A stretch of 64,000 nucleotides of DNA from a virus: IMG/VR virus record IMGVR_UViG_3300042197_000642, positions 1-64,000 of that record, one strand, 5' to 3'. This document shows, piece by piece, positions 46,012 to 57,141 of the stretch (position 1 is its first letter; every line of letters starts with the position of its first letter). Position numbers and translations under genes: made by a program. The notes below the pieces were generated by a model. The model was not told where the DNA came from. It did no database searches and was given only the letters and a program-made list of their open reading frames with translations.

Positions 46012-46801
46012 ACAAGTCGGCCAGGTTCAACGGAAGACTCATCTTTTCTCCGCATGCCTCACAGACCTTTTTCACCTCCCCAAGGCGTGGACCTGGAAGG
46101 TTGTTCATTATGTTATTTAATAGAGTTTCTCTATCAATAATTCCTAGTTTAAGTACAGTAGAAGCTCCAGCAGATGGAGTACCGTTTATAGATAGTAGGC
46201 ATCCTGCAATAATAATTGTGTTTAATTCAGCAGTAGTCTTATCCAAGTTCTCCATAATCTTTCTTTGTAAAGCACCATTTGGAAGAGTGATTACGGCAAT
46301 CTTTTCATCTTTAAGCTCTACGGTCCAAGTTCTTCCATTAGACTCATCAAACTCTTTTATTGGAACGTCATCTACTAAATGAATAGACACATCTTTTGTG
46401 TCATTACAGCTTCCACAAGTTACGTTTAAATTAATTGTTTCTCCAAACGTTACTCGTCTAATACCAAGAAGAATAGCGTCTCTATCTCCAGACACTAAAG
46501 AGTCTAAATCTTCTTTAGTTACTGAGGTATCTCCTAAAGATACAAGTCCTCTTTGTAGTATGACATTTAATGCTTTTCCAGAAGATCCGGCTTTAGATAT
46601 AGCCTCTTCGTCTACACCATTTAATTCTCTAACTTCAGCTATTTTAATTACTTCTCCTGTTTTATTAAGAAACCCAGTAACTAAAGATACTTCGTTTTTG
46701 GCAGGGGCCCGCGTGTTAATAACAGAGGCGGGCTCCTCCATAGCTTTACTTGCAAATCTTGATACCAATTCTGCATCGGTTATGATCTGAGGTTGTGTCA
46801 C
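46001..46801 (-). CDS. Tail assembly chaperone (gp26-like)
   Basis: VRELNG.DEE, GDRD.ILL.IR..TFG, two CxxC; between tube and tape measure. Confidence 0.78.
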   Translation of the reverse strand: MTQPQIITDAELVSRFASKAMEEPASVINTRAPAKNEVSLVTGFLNKTGEVIKIAEVRELNGVDEEAISKAGSSGKALNVILQRGLVSLGDTSVTKEDLDSLVSGDRDAILLGIRRVTFGETINLNVTCGSCNDTKDVSIHLVDDVPIKEFDESNGRTWTVELKDEKIAVITLPNGALQRKIMENLDKTTAELNTIIIAGCLLSINGTPSAGASTVLKLGIIDRETLLNNIMNNLPGPRLGEVKKVCEACGEKMSLPLNLADLFRV

Positions 46802-46829
46802 CTTTTATACTCCTTATATATTAATTAGA

Positions 46830-47468
46830 TTACTTTATTGGGGTAAAGTCGTTCTTTACAAAGAATGCTGACAAGCCCTCATGGACTAGCGTCATATTCT
46901 CAAATAAGATTTCCCCAGCTCCTGCGTTTAAGTCAGAATAGTTTAATGAACTAATCCAAGCGTTATGTACTTTAAATCCAACACGAGGAACATCGTCTAC
47001 AGCATTTAATGCGGTTACAGAGTTTCCTGCGTTTGGGTGATCTAACACGTATAGATTTACATCTACACGGAAGCTCTTGTTAGGGCCTGTAGCTAAACCA
47101 TTTCCAGCAGCTGCTGCAAATAGACCACGTACCCAAGTCATTGCTTGATCATTTCCGTACATAACACCTCTTTGGAAACTGACTGGTGAAAATGTAGTCA
47201 TTCCAGGAATTTGATGTACGGTTGTGTTGTATCCGCCTTCACGGTATGTGAGGGCTTGAATGTTTGTAGATAAACCAGCTACAGATGTAAAACCACCAAA
47301 CCAACCGGTTGATTTACCGGATACTGGTGGCGTTTTTGAAGCTGAGGCGCTAGTGATACGACTATCAAACGCACCCCCATCAACTGCATTGAACTCCGCA
47401 TAGAAGCGAAAGCTTCTAATTGGGTCAGTAGCAATGCTGGAGAATCTATTGATTATGCTTTCAGTCAT
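46830..47468 (-). CDS. Tail tube protein (T4 gp19-like)
   Basis: DP.RSFRF, YREGG, IPG.T.F..V.FQRG, NAW..Y.DL, L.HEG. Confidence 0.9.
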   Translation of the reverse strand: MTESIINRFSSIATDPIRSFRFYAEFNAVDGGAFDSRITSASASKTPPVSGKSTGWFGGFTSVAGLSTNIQALTYREGGYNTTVHQIPGMTTFSPVSFQRGVMYGNDQAMTWVRGLFAAAAGNGLATGPNKSFRVDVNLYVLDHPNAGNSVTALNAVDDVPRVGFKVHNAWISSLNYSDLNAGAGEILFENMTLVHEGLSAFFVKNDFTPIK

Positions 47469-47482
47469 TGGTTGTTTTCTCC

Positions 47483-48973
47483 TTACGCCGTAGTGACGGT
47501 GGTTCCGCCATCATACTGACCAATTTTAATGATTACGAACTCAGCTGGTCGCTGTAATGCTACACCAATCTCTATATTAACTTCTCCGTTATCAATAGAA
47601 GTTTGTGAGTTTGTAGTTGCGTCACACTTAACAAAGAAAGCTGCATCTGGTGAAGAACCGGCTAACCCGCCTTGTCCCCAGAACTGTGTTAAGAATGAAG
47701 CACAAGTATTAGTAATTTGACGCCACAATCTAGAGTCGTTTGGCTCAAAGACTGCAAACTTAGTTAAGTCACTTAATGATTTGCTTAAGTAAATTAAAGT
47801 TCTACGAACTGGAATGTATTTGTCAACATAACCTGGCTTTAAGGTTTTAGCACCCATTACAACGATACCAGCGCCTGGTATTGCTCTAATAGCATTAACT
47901 GGTGCTGCGGCTGAGTTTAAACTATCTAATTCAGAATTAGATAATGGGTTAACTCCAGTAGACCCAGCAATACGAGCGCTTAATCCCGCTGGAGCTTTAA
48001 ATACACCTCGTGAAGCATCAGTTGAAGCGTATAAACCAGCAACTGCAGCTCCTACGTTACCTGAAGTTGACGCATTTGCAATAATTGGATCTGGTATTCC
48101 AATATTTGGATAGTAAACAGCTGCGTAAGAGCTAGATGTGTAAGATGCTGCTCTAGTTAATTGATTTGCAACTGTATCGTTTAATCCATCAATAATTAAG
48201 AAACCATCTTTTCTTTCTTCGCAATACTGGATTAAAGTATTTACAGTAGAGGCATCTACATATCCTGGAGCATTAAACAATAAAGAAGATTGAATTAAAT
48301 CAAACTCTTCAAAAGAAGCTAATACGTTAGCTCCAGTTATTGCAGATCCATTTAAACCACCAGTTAATGGTTGATTAGTAATAACAGCTGGGTTTTTAGT
48401 AGCTCCTGTACTTGAAGAAGCAGAATCAATTAAAAGAAGATAATTTGATTTGCTGTTAATAAAGTTAGGCGCGTATCTAGCATCTGGATATGACATAGTT
48501 AAATCTGTATATCTTTCAACAATATTAACAGGGTCTGTGCCACCAAAGTAAACTGTTAAATCAAAAAGCCCTGTAGTTGATGAGTTAGATACACTTATGT
48601 TTATGCTATTACCCCAAGTTCCACTGTTTTTAGCATTAACTACCATTGTGTCATCTGGAGTTGACGCTCTATCTAATAAAGTTCTAGCAGCCGGGGCAGC
48701 GCCAGATCCAATAGTTCTATTTACATAGCAAGCTCCTCCACCATTTTGGAAGAATAGATTTACTGCTATATGTAGGTTTAAATTGCTTGAATTCTCTAAA
48801 TAAGTTCCATAGAGATTTACAAACTGAGTCCAAGACGTTATTAATGTTGGAACGCCTGGACCTCTAACGGCACTTCCAACAAACGCAGCTATAGTGTTTG
48901 CGTTTGGTCCAACTACTGATTGGACTGGGTTTAGCGTTTCTTCAACGTATACACCCGGACGTAGGTATGTCAT
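47483..48973 (-). CDS. Tail sheath protein
   Basis: RPGVYVEE, A.YYP, RGVFKAPAG, YIPVRR, VFEPND, P.EFVII. Confidence 0.95.
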   Translation of the reverse strand: MTYLRPGVYVEETLNPVQSVVGPNANTIAAFVGSAVRGPGVPTLITSWTQFVNLYGTYLENSSNLNLHIAVNLFFQNGGGACYVNRTIGSGAAPAARTLLDRASTPDDTMVVNAKNSGTWGNSINISVSNSSTTGLFDLTVYFGGTDPVNIVERYTDLTMSYPDARYAPNFINSKSNYLLLIDSASSSTGATKNPAVITNQPLTGGLNGSAITGANVLASFEEFDLIQSSLLFNAPGYVDASTVNTLIQYCEERKDGFLIIDGLNDTVANQLTRAASYTSSSYAAVYYPNIGIPDPIIANASTSGNVGAAVAGLYASTDASRGVFKAPAGLSARIAGSTGVNPLSNSELDSLNSAAAPVNAIRAIPGAGIVVMGAKTLKPGYVDKYIPVRRTLIYLSKSLSDLTKFAVFEPNDSRLWRQITNTCASFLTQFWGQGGLAGSSPDAAFFVKCDATTNSQTSIDNGEVNIEIGVALQRPAEFVIIKIGQYDGGTTVTTA

Positions 48974-48988
48974 TTTGTCTCCTTTTCG

Positions 48989-49624
48989 TTATACCTGGAT
49001 AGTTGTAGTGATCGGAGTTAGGTCGGTAGGGATATGAGTCGGGTTTGTGTTGATGTTTACCTGCTCTACTCGTCTAGATATCTCCTCAGCATAGTTTGGA
49101 GGCATCTCAGACACGATGAGTAAGGTAAACACTGTTCTAAATAAACGACGACCATCTTCAATGGTGTCTTTCTTTTTAATTTCTTCTAAAAACATATGAC
49201 GCCATACACTGTCAGTTTCTGTTTCATTAGATACTAATATGTAACCAAACTTTCCTGGAAAATCTTGTAAAAACTGATGTGTTATTTCCCTTTCATGGCG
49301 TGGATGTCGAGAATATGCAGTTACTTGATATATTAAATCGTATGCAACTGGAAAATGGTATTTATAGCTTGTTATTGAGTCCCCAGTGGTTGTTCCAGCA
49401 AAATCATTATCATATAAATAACCATAAGCCTGACGTTGGTCATCAGGTTCAATTCCTATTAAATCAATAGTCATAAATGGAAAAGTCTGTTGCCTTAACT
49501 CAACGTCTGGGTAGCCAAACCATACCGGCACAGTTCGAGTTGCATTCTTTTCATCTGTTACTTCAAAACTTTGTAAGTAAGATTTTAATGCCGTGTCTTC
49601 GGCAATCATCATTTTTAAAGTCAT
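48989..49624 (-). CDS. Tail terminator/neck protein
   Basis: Immediately upstream of sheath; P.AYDL.YQV. Confidence 0.65.
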   Translation of the reverse strand: MTLKMMIAEDTALKSYLQSFEVTDEKNATRTVPVWFGYPDVELRQQTFPFMTIDLIGIEPDDQRQAYGYLYDNDFAGTTTGDSITSYKYHFPVAYDLIYQVTAYSRHPRHEREITHQFLQDFPGKFGYILVSNETETDSVWRHMFLEEIKKKDTIEDGRRLFRTVFTLLIVSEMPPNYAEEISRRVEQVNINTNPTHIPTDLTPITTTIQV

Positions 49625-49944
49625 AGCGCTAGCAGAGCTCCTAACGGATTTTCATTTATTTCTCTATGAACAATGTCTGTAGCTTTTCTTTCTAAATTCC
49701 TTTTAAAGTGTCTAATTACAGAGGAAGGAGGCTGGTTTTGATTTCCATATTCTACAAGCTCAACCTCATCAGATAGCGACTCTGGGTAGTGCACATCTAT
49801 TACTTTTCCGGTTACTCTCACAGATAAAACATCAATCAAATGCTCAGGCCAGCCTTGAGTAGAGGCTAAGGCTTTAAGCTCAATAGTTAATTCGTCTTCA
49901 ATAGACGTAGATACGGTGGAAGTAAAGTTATTTGCGTTTTCCAC
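49621..49944 (-). CDS. Neck/tail completion protein (HK97 gp10-like)
   Basis: VEYG....PP..V.R motif; position. Confidence 0.55.
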   Translation of the reverse strand: MENANNFTSTVSTSIEDELTIELKALASTQGWPEHLIDVLSVRVTGKVIDVHYPESLSDEVELVEYGNQNQPPSSVIRHFKRNLERKATDIVHREINENPLGALLAL

Positions 49945-50089
49945 GTTTTAGCGCTTTCCTAAATCCATATACCGCCACTGCAGCTGCTAAGACTCTTGCG
50001 CCCGTAGATTTACCACCTTGTTGTGCCGCTCGGATCATTGCATCCATAAAGTCATCCGATGACGGTCCATCAACCCGATTAGAGGGCAT
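49928..50089 (-). CDS. 53-aa protein with hydrophobic helix and basic tail, not in ORF track
   Basis: MPSNRVDGPSSDDFMDAMIRAAQQGGKSTGARVLAAAVAVYGFRKALKRGKRK; AAGGAG RBS. Confidence 0.65.
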   Translation of the reverse strand: MPSNRVDGPSSDDFMDAMIRAAQQGGKSTGARVLAAAVAVYGFRKALKRGKRK

Positions 50090-50174
50090 AGCAAGTCTCC
50101 TTCTGGAGTGGCAAAGTAAAGCGCATTTGTCTTACCGTAGAAACCGCATGGCTTCTACATACACAGGATAAAGC

Positions 50175-50197
50175 AAAAGGCCCCCTTGCGGGGGCCT
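50175..50197 (-). terminator. Rho-independent terminator, followed by TATCCT -10 for the tail operon
   Basis: AGGCCCCC/GGGGGCCT stem, short T-run on minus; TATCCT at 50165-50170. Confidence 0.75.
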
Positions 50198-50237
50198 AAA
50201 GACTAATCTTTCTTTGACTTCTTTTCTTTCTTTTCTT

Positions 50238-50378
50238 TTACTTTTTCTTTCTTACCATAGAAGACTTCTTCTTATTTGCAGGAGCACCCTTCTTTGCAGC
50301 AAACTTCTTGTTCGCTGCCTTCAGAGTCTTCATCCCGTGCTTGTCTTTTGGACGACCACAACCGCAAGTCGCGCACAT
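50238..50378 (-). CDS. 46-aa MCATCGC Lys-rich microprotein (copy 3)
   Basis: MCATCGCGRPKDKHGMKTLKAANKKFAAKKGAPANKKKSSMVRKKK; TAATG coupling. Confidence 0.75.
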   Translation of the reverse strand: MCATCGCGRPKDKHGMKTLKAANKKFAAKKGAPANKKKSSMVRKKK

Positions 50379-50515
50379 TACTTCTTCTTTTTCTTCTTGG
50401 CTTTACAATTTTTGCAAGTACAATTCTTACCTTTGGTGCATTTAGAAGTATTTGCTGCTGGAGCCTTTTTTGCAACCTTTTTAATGTTTCCCATACAGCC
50501 GCAAGTAGCGCACAT
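50378..50515 (-). CDS. 45-aa MCATCGC Lys/Cys-rich microprotein (copy 2)
   Basis: MCATCGCMGNIKKVAKKAPAANTSKCTKGKNCTCKNCKAKKKKKK; TAATG coupling. Confidence 0.75.
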   Translation of the reverse strand: MCATCGCMGNIKKVAKKAPAANTSKCTKGKNCTCKNCKAKKKKKK

Positions 50516-50703
50516 TATTTCTTCTTCTTTCCACGTAGGGCAGCAAAATCAGAGCCCTCTAACTTGCCGTCTTTGTCTACATCTAACTTCTTTTGCTTAG
50601 ACGACATGCCTTTTGAAGCAGACTTCTTAGCAGCTTTCTTCTTAGGTCCTTTGCCAAATCCTGGTTGACCTTTCTTTTTACCACAGCCACACATTGCGCA
50701 CAT
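50515..50703 (-). CDS. 62-aa MCAMCGC Lys-rich microprotein with EF-hand-like loop (copy 1)
   Basis: MCAMCGC..; DVDKDGKLEGSDF. Confidence 0.78.
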   Translation of the reverse strand: MCAMCGCGKKKGQPGFGKGPKKKAAKKSASKGMSSKQKKLDVDKDGKLEGSDFAALRGKKKK

Positions 50704-50705
50704 AG

Positions 50706-50876
50706 TTACTTTCCTGTTCTCTTGTATCGGATAGTTGCTTTTGGTTTTCTAACGATTCCACCTTTTTTACGGCGAACCTTTGCTCCACCTGTATCGTACT
50801 TACTTCCGGTTAGAGCAATACTGACTGCCTTAGTAGGTTGTTTACCCACTGATTGACCAATTCGTTTTTTAGCCAT
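50706..50876 (-). CDS. 56-aa basic protein, not in ORF track
   Basis: MAKKRIGQSVGKQPTKAVSIALTGSKYDTGGAKVRRKKGGIVRKPKATIRYKRTGK; GAAAGG RBS. Confidence 0.7.
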   Translation of the reverse strand: MAKKRIGQSVGKQPTKAVSIALTGSKYDTGGAKVRRKKGGIVRKPKATIRYKRTGK

Positions 50877-50886
50877 TGTAACCTTT

Positions 50887-51399
50887 CTAAACTTGTGCGT
50901 AACTTAAAAACTGAGCGTCATTAACCATTTCATCAGGCATTACCTGTTGCATATCAACTGTAACAATAGTATATCTTTCAGAAACAATACCGGCGTTCTG
51001 AACTTTAAATGGACGGTATACCTGTCCTTTCCAGATCACACGGTCTCGTGTAGTTGCGTCTGTTGATGCAATAATTCCAGGGTTCATGCGCTCTAAGTCG
51101 TCTACGTTCATTGTTAGATGTAAAGTATCAGTATTGTAGAAACCGCGATCACTTTGTAAGACTTGACCTTGTGTAATAGTAGCTCTAATTACTGGAACTT
51201 TAACTGGAGATTTCCATACACGACCAGCTCCTACAGCCTCAACATCATAAAGAGAATCTTTTGTAGAAACGTCAGGCCTGTACACCCACCAGTCTGCCAC
51301 AGTACCAGCAGGATTAGTTAAGTCTGAGGTAATACCATCACTAATTGAATCTAATTCAAAATCAGAATCAAAACGACCACCAGGGGTGTACCCACGCAT
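50887..51399 (-). CDS. Head-tail adaptor/head closure protein
   Basis: Beta-rich; GFY..D..RDRV.W.G..Y; upstream of neck genes. Confidence 0.6.
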   Translation of the reverse strand: MRGYTPGGRFDSDFELDSISDGITSDLTNPAGTVADWWVYRPDVSTKDSLYDVEAVGAGRVWKSPVKVPVIRATITQGQVLQSDRGFYNTDTLHLTMNVDDLERMNPGIIASTDATTRDRVIWKGQVYRPFKVQNAGIVSERYTIVTVDMQQVMPDEMVNDAQFLSYAQV

Positions 51400-52463
51400 T
51401 AAATCTCCTCAGCAGTATAGAACTCTAGGTTACGCTTTAATCTTTCATCTGTGGGGTTGAGCTCAATTGCTTTTTTACCGTACTCTAAAGCTTTGTTTCT
51501 ATTACCTAAATGGTATTGGCTTAGCGCAGCAAAGTCGTATGGGTTTGGCCCCCAAGCAAACTCTTCACATAAATAGTCTAAAGGTTTTTCTTTAATACTT
51601 AACGCGGCTTCAGCCATCTTAAGACAAGAACCCCAAATCTCTTCTTTGTAATAAAGTTCCGACAACTCTACTAAAGCTTCTCTTCTTGTTGGGTCTTCAT
51701 TATGCGCTTTTAGTAACCACTCTTCTTTTACCGTAAAATTATCATCCATTTTTGCTATGTACCTCATAGAAGCGGCTCGTTCAGGTTTCCATACAGCTGT
51801 TTGTAAACTTAAATGCCTTTTAAACTCTTTTGTTGATTCTTCGTATTGACCATAGAAATATAGCTCTCTTGCATAATAAAATGCATTTCTATCATTAAAT
51901 GGGTTTTCTATAGTAGACACCTTTAGTAAAGGAAGGTACTGACTTCTAGGTTTTGAGTTATCAGCTTTATGATGTATTTCTAGCTCAGTCCACTCTTGGG
52001 TTTCTACAAAACCATGTGCGGGCGCTACTACTTCATGCACTGGATGCTTCCAAATATAACCAAATCTAGTATGTATCTTTTCTCCACTAAACTGAAGTCC
52101 CGGACTTCCATCTTGATTAAAGTTCCAAGTAAACTTGTATCTTGGTCTTGTAATATTTAACTTAAATACTTTTTCTAACTCCGGTCTCCAACCATCTACC
52201 AATAGCTCATCCATGTCCAAAGCAATACAATAATCAATATCATTAGGTAAAACGGCTAAAGATACGTTTCTAGCAACATCAAATCGCCATGGGTTTATAA
52301 AAGATTTAACTACAACTATTCCTAAGGATTCTGCAATTTCAACTGTTTTGTCTGTAGAACCTGTATCTAGTATTAAATGATAATCTGCATCTTTTGAAGA
52401 CTCATACCAACGTTTAACAAATTGCTCTTCATTTAGAGCTATGGTGTATACGGCTATCTTCAC
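51399..52463 (-). CDS. Family 2 glycosyltransferase with C-terminal TPRs
   Basis: I..NEE, LDTGSTD.T, WRFD.ARN, LDMDE, W..PVHE; TPR-like helices. Confidence 0.9.
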   Translation of the reverse strand: MKIAVYTIALNEEQFVKRWYESSKDADYHLILDTGSTDKTVEIAESLGIVVVKSFINPWRFDVARNVSLAVLPNDIDYCIALDMDELLVDGWRPELEKVFKLNITRPRYKFTWNFNQDGSPGLQFSGEKIHTRFGYIWKHPVHEVVAPAHGFVETQEWTELEIHHKADNSKPRSQYLPLLKVSTIENPFNDRNAFYYARELYFYGQYEESTKEFKRHLSLQTAVWKPERAASMRYIAKMDDNFTVKEEWLLKAHNEDPTRREALVELSELYYKEEIWGSCLKMAEAALSIKEKPLDYLCEEFAWGPNPYDFAALSQYHLGNRNKALEYGKKAIELNPTDERLKRNLEFYTAEEI

Positions 52464-52481
52464 GCCGTAAAGTCTATCAGG

Positions 52482-52628
52482 CTATTCTTCTAAGGATGCT
52501 AACTCTTCGTTAGCCGCAGATGGGCTTACGTGGTCGTACCCAATGATTTCATTTGTTTCGCTATCACGAACCTCAAATACCTCGACGCCACTTGGCTCTA
52601 CTCTAATACTTGTTTTTATTACTGACAT
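52482..52628 (-). CDS. 48-aa acidic protein, possible fibre chaperone
   Basis: Manual translation; TAATG coupling to fibre gene. Confidence 0.55.
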   Translation of the reverse strand: MSVIKTSIRVEPSGVEVFEVRDSETNEIIGYDHVSPSAANEELASLEE

Positions 52629-53461
52629 TATGAGAACCTTCCCCAGAAAGCCGTTTGACCGGCGGTTGGTGTTATTGTTGTTGGTAGGTCAGATTGAGAT
52701 GATGCAAAAGAACGAAGTATTGGGTTTAAGCTAACCATAGAAACTGGGATTAAACCCGCACCAGCTAAGTAAGCGTTTCCAGGAGTACCACCTACAACAA
52801 TGATACCTAGGGCGTATCTAAGACCACGTTGAATAGTGTAAGCGGATGGAAAGCCTCCGGTAGTATTAAATGATCTAGTGTAAAGAGTATTTACTGCACT
52901 AAAAATAGTAGTGTCGTTTGCGGTACGTGCTACCAGTGTTAGCTGACCTGTTGTTTCATTTACTGTGTACAAACCAAATCTAATTAGAGATGCACCTGTC
53001 GTTACGACACCAGCTGAAGACACGCTAATATTGCTTACGTTTACTGTGTTCATATGAGTAAAGTATGTAAAATATGCAGTTCCAGATGTAATAAGAGCGT
53101 TACCAGTAGAGTATCTTGGAGTTACATCTACCGCATCGATTCCGTATCCAAGGTTATCTTCTAAGTTTTCTGTTACCACATAGTGTTCATCAAGCGTTGT
53201 TTTTAAAGCATTTACGTCTAAGGCAACTGTTTGTGTTGGGCTATCGTATGTAATTGGTGAAGTTGCTACTGCTATCCCAGCGGGTCCAGTAGGGCCAGTT
53301 GGTCCGGTTGGACCTGTATCACCTATGTCGCCTTGAGGACCTGTTGGTCCAACTGCGCTTGTACGAACAAGACGCCAAGCAGTTCCAGTCCATTGGTATG
53401 TTTGACCTAAATAAGAGTACGTCTGACCACTCGTCGGTGAACTTGGAAAATCAATAGGCAT
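52628..53461 (-). CDS. Collagen-like fibre protein with C-terminal beta domain
   Basis: MPIDFP..P N-terminus; GPT repeats. Confidence 0.8.
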   Translation of the reverse strand: MPIDFPSSPTSGQTYSYLGQTYQWTGTAWRLVRTSAVGPTGPQGDIGDTGPTGPTGPTGPAGIAVATSPITYDSPTQTVALDVNALKTTLDEHYVVTENLEDNLGYGIDAVDVTPRYSTGNALITSGTAYFTYFTHMNTVNVSNISVSSAGVVTTGASLIRFGLYTVNETTGQLTLVARTANDTTIFSAVNTLYTRSFNTTGGFPSAYTIQRGLRYALGIIVVGGTPGNAYLAGAGLIPVSMVSLNPILRSFASSQSDLPTTITPTAGQTAFWGRFS

Positions 53462-53471
53462 TTATATCTCC

Positions 53472-55138
<1,667 letters not shown>

Positions 55139-55139
<1 letters not shown>

Positions 55140-55429
55140 TAGTCGTTTACCCCTCCACAATCAACTGGGTCTAACCCACCGTATTCACTAGTTGGCGTTC
55201 CAGCATCTACGTTTTGAAACAATGGACCTTGTGCTCCAGTTGGACCAGTTACTCCTTGAGAGCCCGTAGGCCCAGTAGGTCCCTGAGTTCCTTGTGGACC
55301 GGTTGGTCCTGTAGGACCGACAACTTGTGTGGTTTTAATTAACCAAACACTGCCATCCCAATACCATGTATGGGTGCCAACAGTAAACTCTTCATTTAGT
55401 GCTGGACTATTTGGAAAGTCTATTGGCAT
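55139..55429 (-). CDS. Short collagen-like protein
   Basis: MPIDFPNSP; GPT repeats; VDAG/VDCGG ends. Confidence 0.8.
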
Positions 55430-55447
55430 CGTAATCCTTTAAACAAC

Positions 55448-55478
55448 TAAGGGGAGGAAAGTCCTCCCCTTAATTATA
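55448..55478 (-). terminator. Hairpin overlapping a TATAAT -10 element
   Basis: TAAGGGGAGGA/TCCTCCCCTTA 11-bp stem; TATAAT at 55473-55478 (minus). Confidence 0.6.
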
Positions 55479-55488
55479 AGCCCATTAT

Positions 55489-57141
55489 TTAGTTAACGTA
55501 GCCGAAGGTACGTTGCTCTTCAGGATATGGCCTTAAGTAGGTTAGAGTTGGCATGTAATGACCGTTTCTATCCTTACCACCAAATCCAAATCTTCTGTTT
55601 ATAAGAATTACTGGCGCTTGTCCAGGAATATCAAAAACTTGCCAGGCTTCAAATAAACTTTGATCTGGGTATTCTGGCTCTAAACAATAGAAGTTTGAGT
55701 AGTACCACTCATCGCTTTTACCAATAAGTGCTGAGTTCCAAACTCGGTATTGTTTCCAAGAAGAAGATCCTCCGGAAAGATCCCAGTTTGTTTCTCTCTG
55801 TATATTTCCAAACTCCGCAAGGTTGAATGCTTTACCAGTATTAGTCTTGTTGTTAGTAATACGAGCACGGATATCTGCGTTACGCCATGATCCATTCCAA
55901 CGACCTGAAAGGTTAGTTGCTTTGATGTAGAAGTTCCAGAATTGGTTCTCTTGGTCATCAGTAACAGCAGCAAACTGAATACGAGAGTCATCTTTCATAT
56001 TAGTTGGAGTTGTTTTTGCTGCATGTGCAATCTGCTCATCATCTGATAATGCAACTTCGTATAGAAGGAACTGTTCAATAGCACCTTCCCAATGGTTTCC
56101 TGGGGTTGCGTCATGCCCTAAGTGTAAGGTGGAGAAAGAGCCACCAGGAGCAGCGTTTGAGCCTGAAGCTGTTGTTACTACAGCTGCACCATTAATTGAA
56201 TAAAACAATTTAATATTAGTTTTACTCATTGTAAAGCCAACCCATAGGTAATCACCTGGGTTTAGATTTACACCGCTTGCGTTAATAGTTCCACCAGAAG
56301 CAGCTAAGCTTAAAGTAGTTGTAGACTTTGAGTAAGTAAGTGTTGCTGTACTAACTCCGGTCATTGCAAATATAGTAGTAATAGGTGCGCCAGTTTGACC
56401 ACCAGAACCTACTCTTGTCCAGAAATTACCTGAAATAGGTACTGGCAATTCAATTGAGCTACCGTGTCCTAAAGTTAAGTTATAAGTTAATTGTCCGGCA
56501 CCATAAGTATAAGTTGTGGTTGTACTGTTTTCGTCATTAAAATCAAGGGCTGTACGAGTTGAGTTAATTAACTCTGCCTGTGACCAGTAGACCTCAACAC
56601 CATTTTGAGTTACAGTACCATCACCAACAACAAGTACAACTTTTCTAAAGTTAGAGCCGGCAAATGTGCTAGTAACATTAATACGTTTTGTTACGTTTGC
56701 GTCTAACGAAATGTTACCGCTATCTGCTGTGTCAAGTACGGTAGTTCCACCGGCGTCAGTTCCTAAAATACGGATAGACACTGTTGTAGCTACGTTAGAT
56801 GTTACATAAACTGAAGCTGATGTAGAGAACGCAGAGCCTAAGTTAATAACATCAGATGTTAAAAGGCCTTGAACTGAGGTTGTTAGAAAACGTGCTGAGT
56901 AGTAACCAGATACTCCGCGCTTACCTTGAGTAACCCAGAATGAACCACCAGAGGCTGTCCAGTATGAACCGTTACGGAAAGCTCCGTTTTGCAGATAATC
57001 GGTGCGGCTAAGCATGGTAACAACACCAGCGTTAAATTTACATGGAAGCATGTTCACACGGGTTGCTGTAGTGGCTTGTGCTTGTCGGTAAAACTCTACC
57101 GGGTACACCCGCATAGTGTTATTTAGGGTACCTTGAGACAT
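55489..57141 (-). CDS. Tail-associated protein with CBM-like and LamG/ConA-like domains
   Basis: L.NG.F..W; YSING..LHLG..G.I....LY..ALS. Confidence 0.65.
   Translation of the reverse strand: MSQGTLNNTMRVYPVEFYRQAQATTATRVNMLPCKFNAGVVTMLSRTDYLQNGAFRNGSYWTASGGSFWVTQGKRGVSGYYSARFLTTSVQGLLTSDVINLGSAFSTSASVYVTSNVATTVSIRILGTDAGGTTVLDTADSGNISLDANVTKRINVTSTFAGSNFRKVVLVVGDGTVTQNGVEVYWSQAELINSTRTALDFNDENSTTTTYTYGAGQLTYNLTLGHGSSIELPVPISGNFWTRVGSGGQTGAPITTIFAMTGVSTATLTYSKSTTTLSLAASGGTINASGVNLNPGDYLWVGFTMSKTNIKLFYSINGAAVVTTASGSNAAPGGSFSTLHLGHDATPGNHWEGAIEQFLLYEVALSDDEQIAHAAKTTPTNMKDDSRIQFAAVTDDQENQFWNFYIKATNLSGRWNGSWRNADIRARITNNKTNTGKAFNLAEFGNIQRETNWDLSGGSSSWKQYRVWNSALIGKSDEWYYSNFYCLEPEYPDQSLFEAWQVFDIPGQAPVILINRRFGFGGKDRNGHYMPTLTYLRPYPEEQRTFGYVN

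Noticed and set aside
50214-50668. ORF-track calls 50214..50600(+), 50276..50668(+), 50272..50475(-)
   Set aside because: Shadows of the three coupled MCAxCGC genes in other frames.
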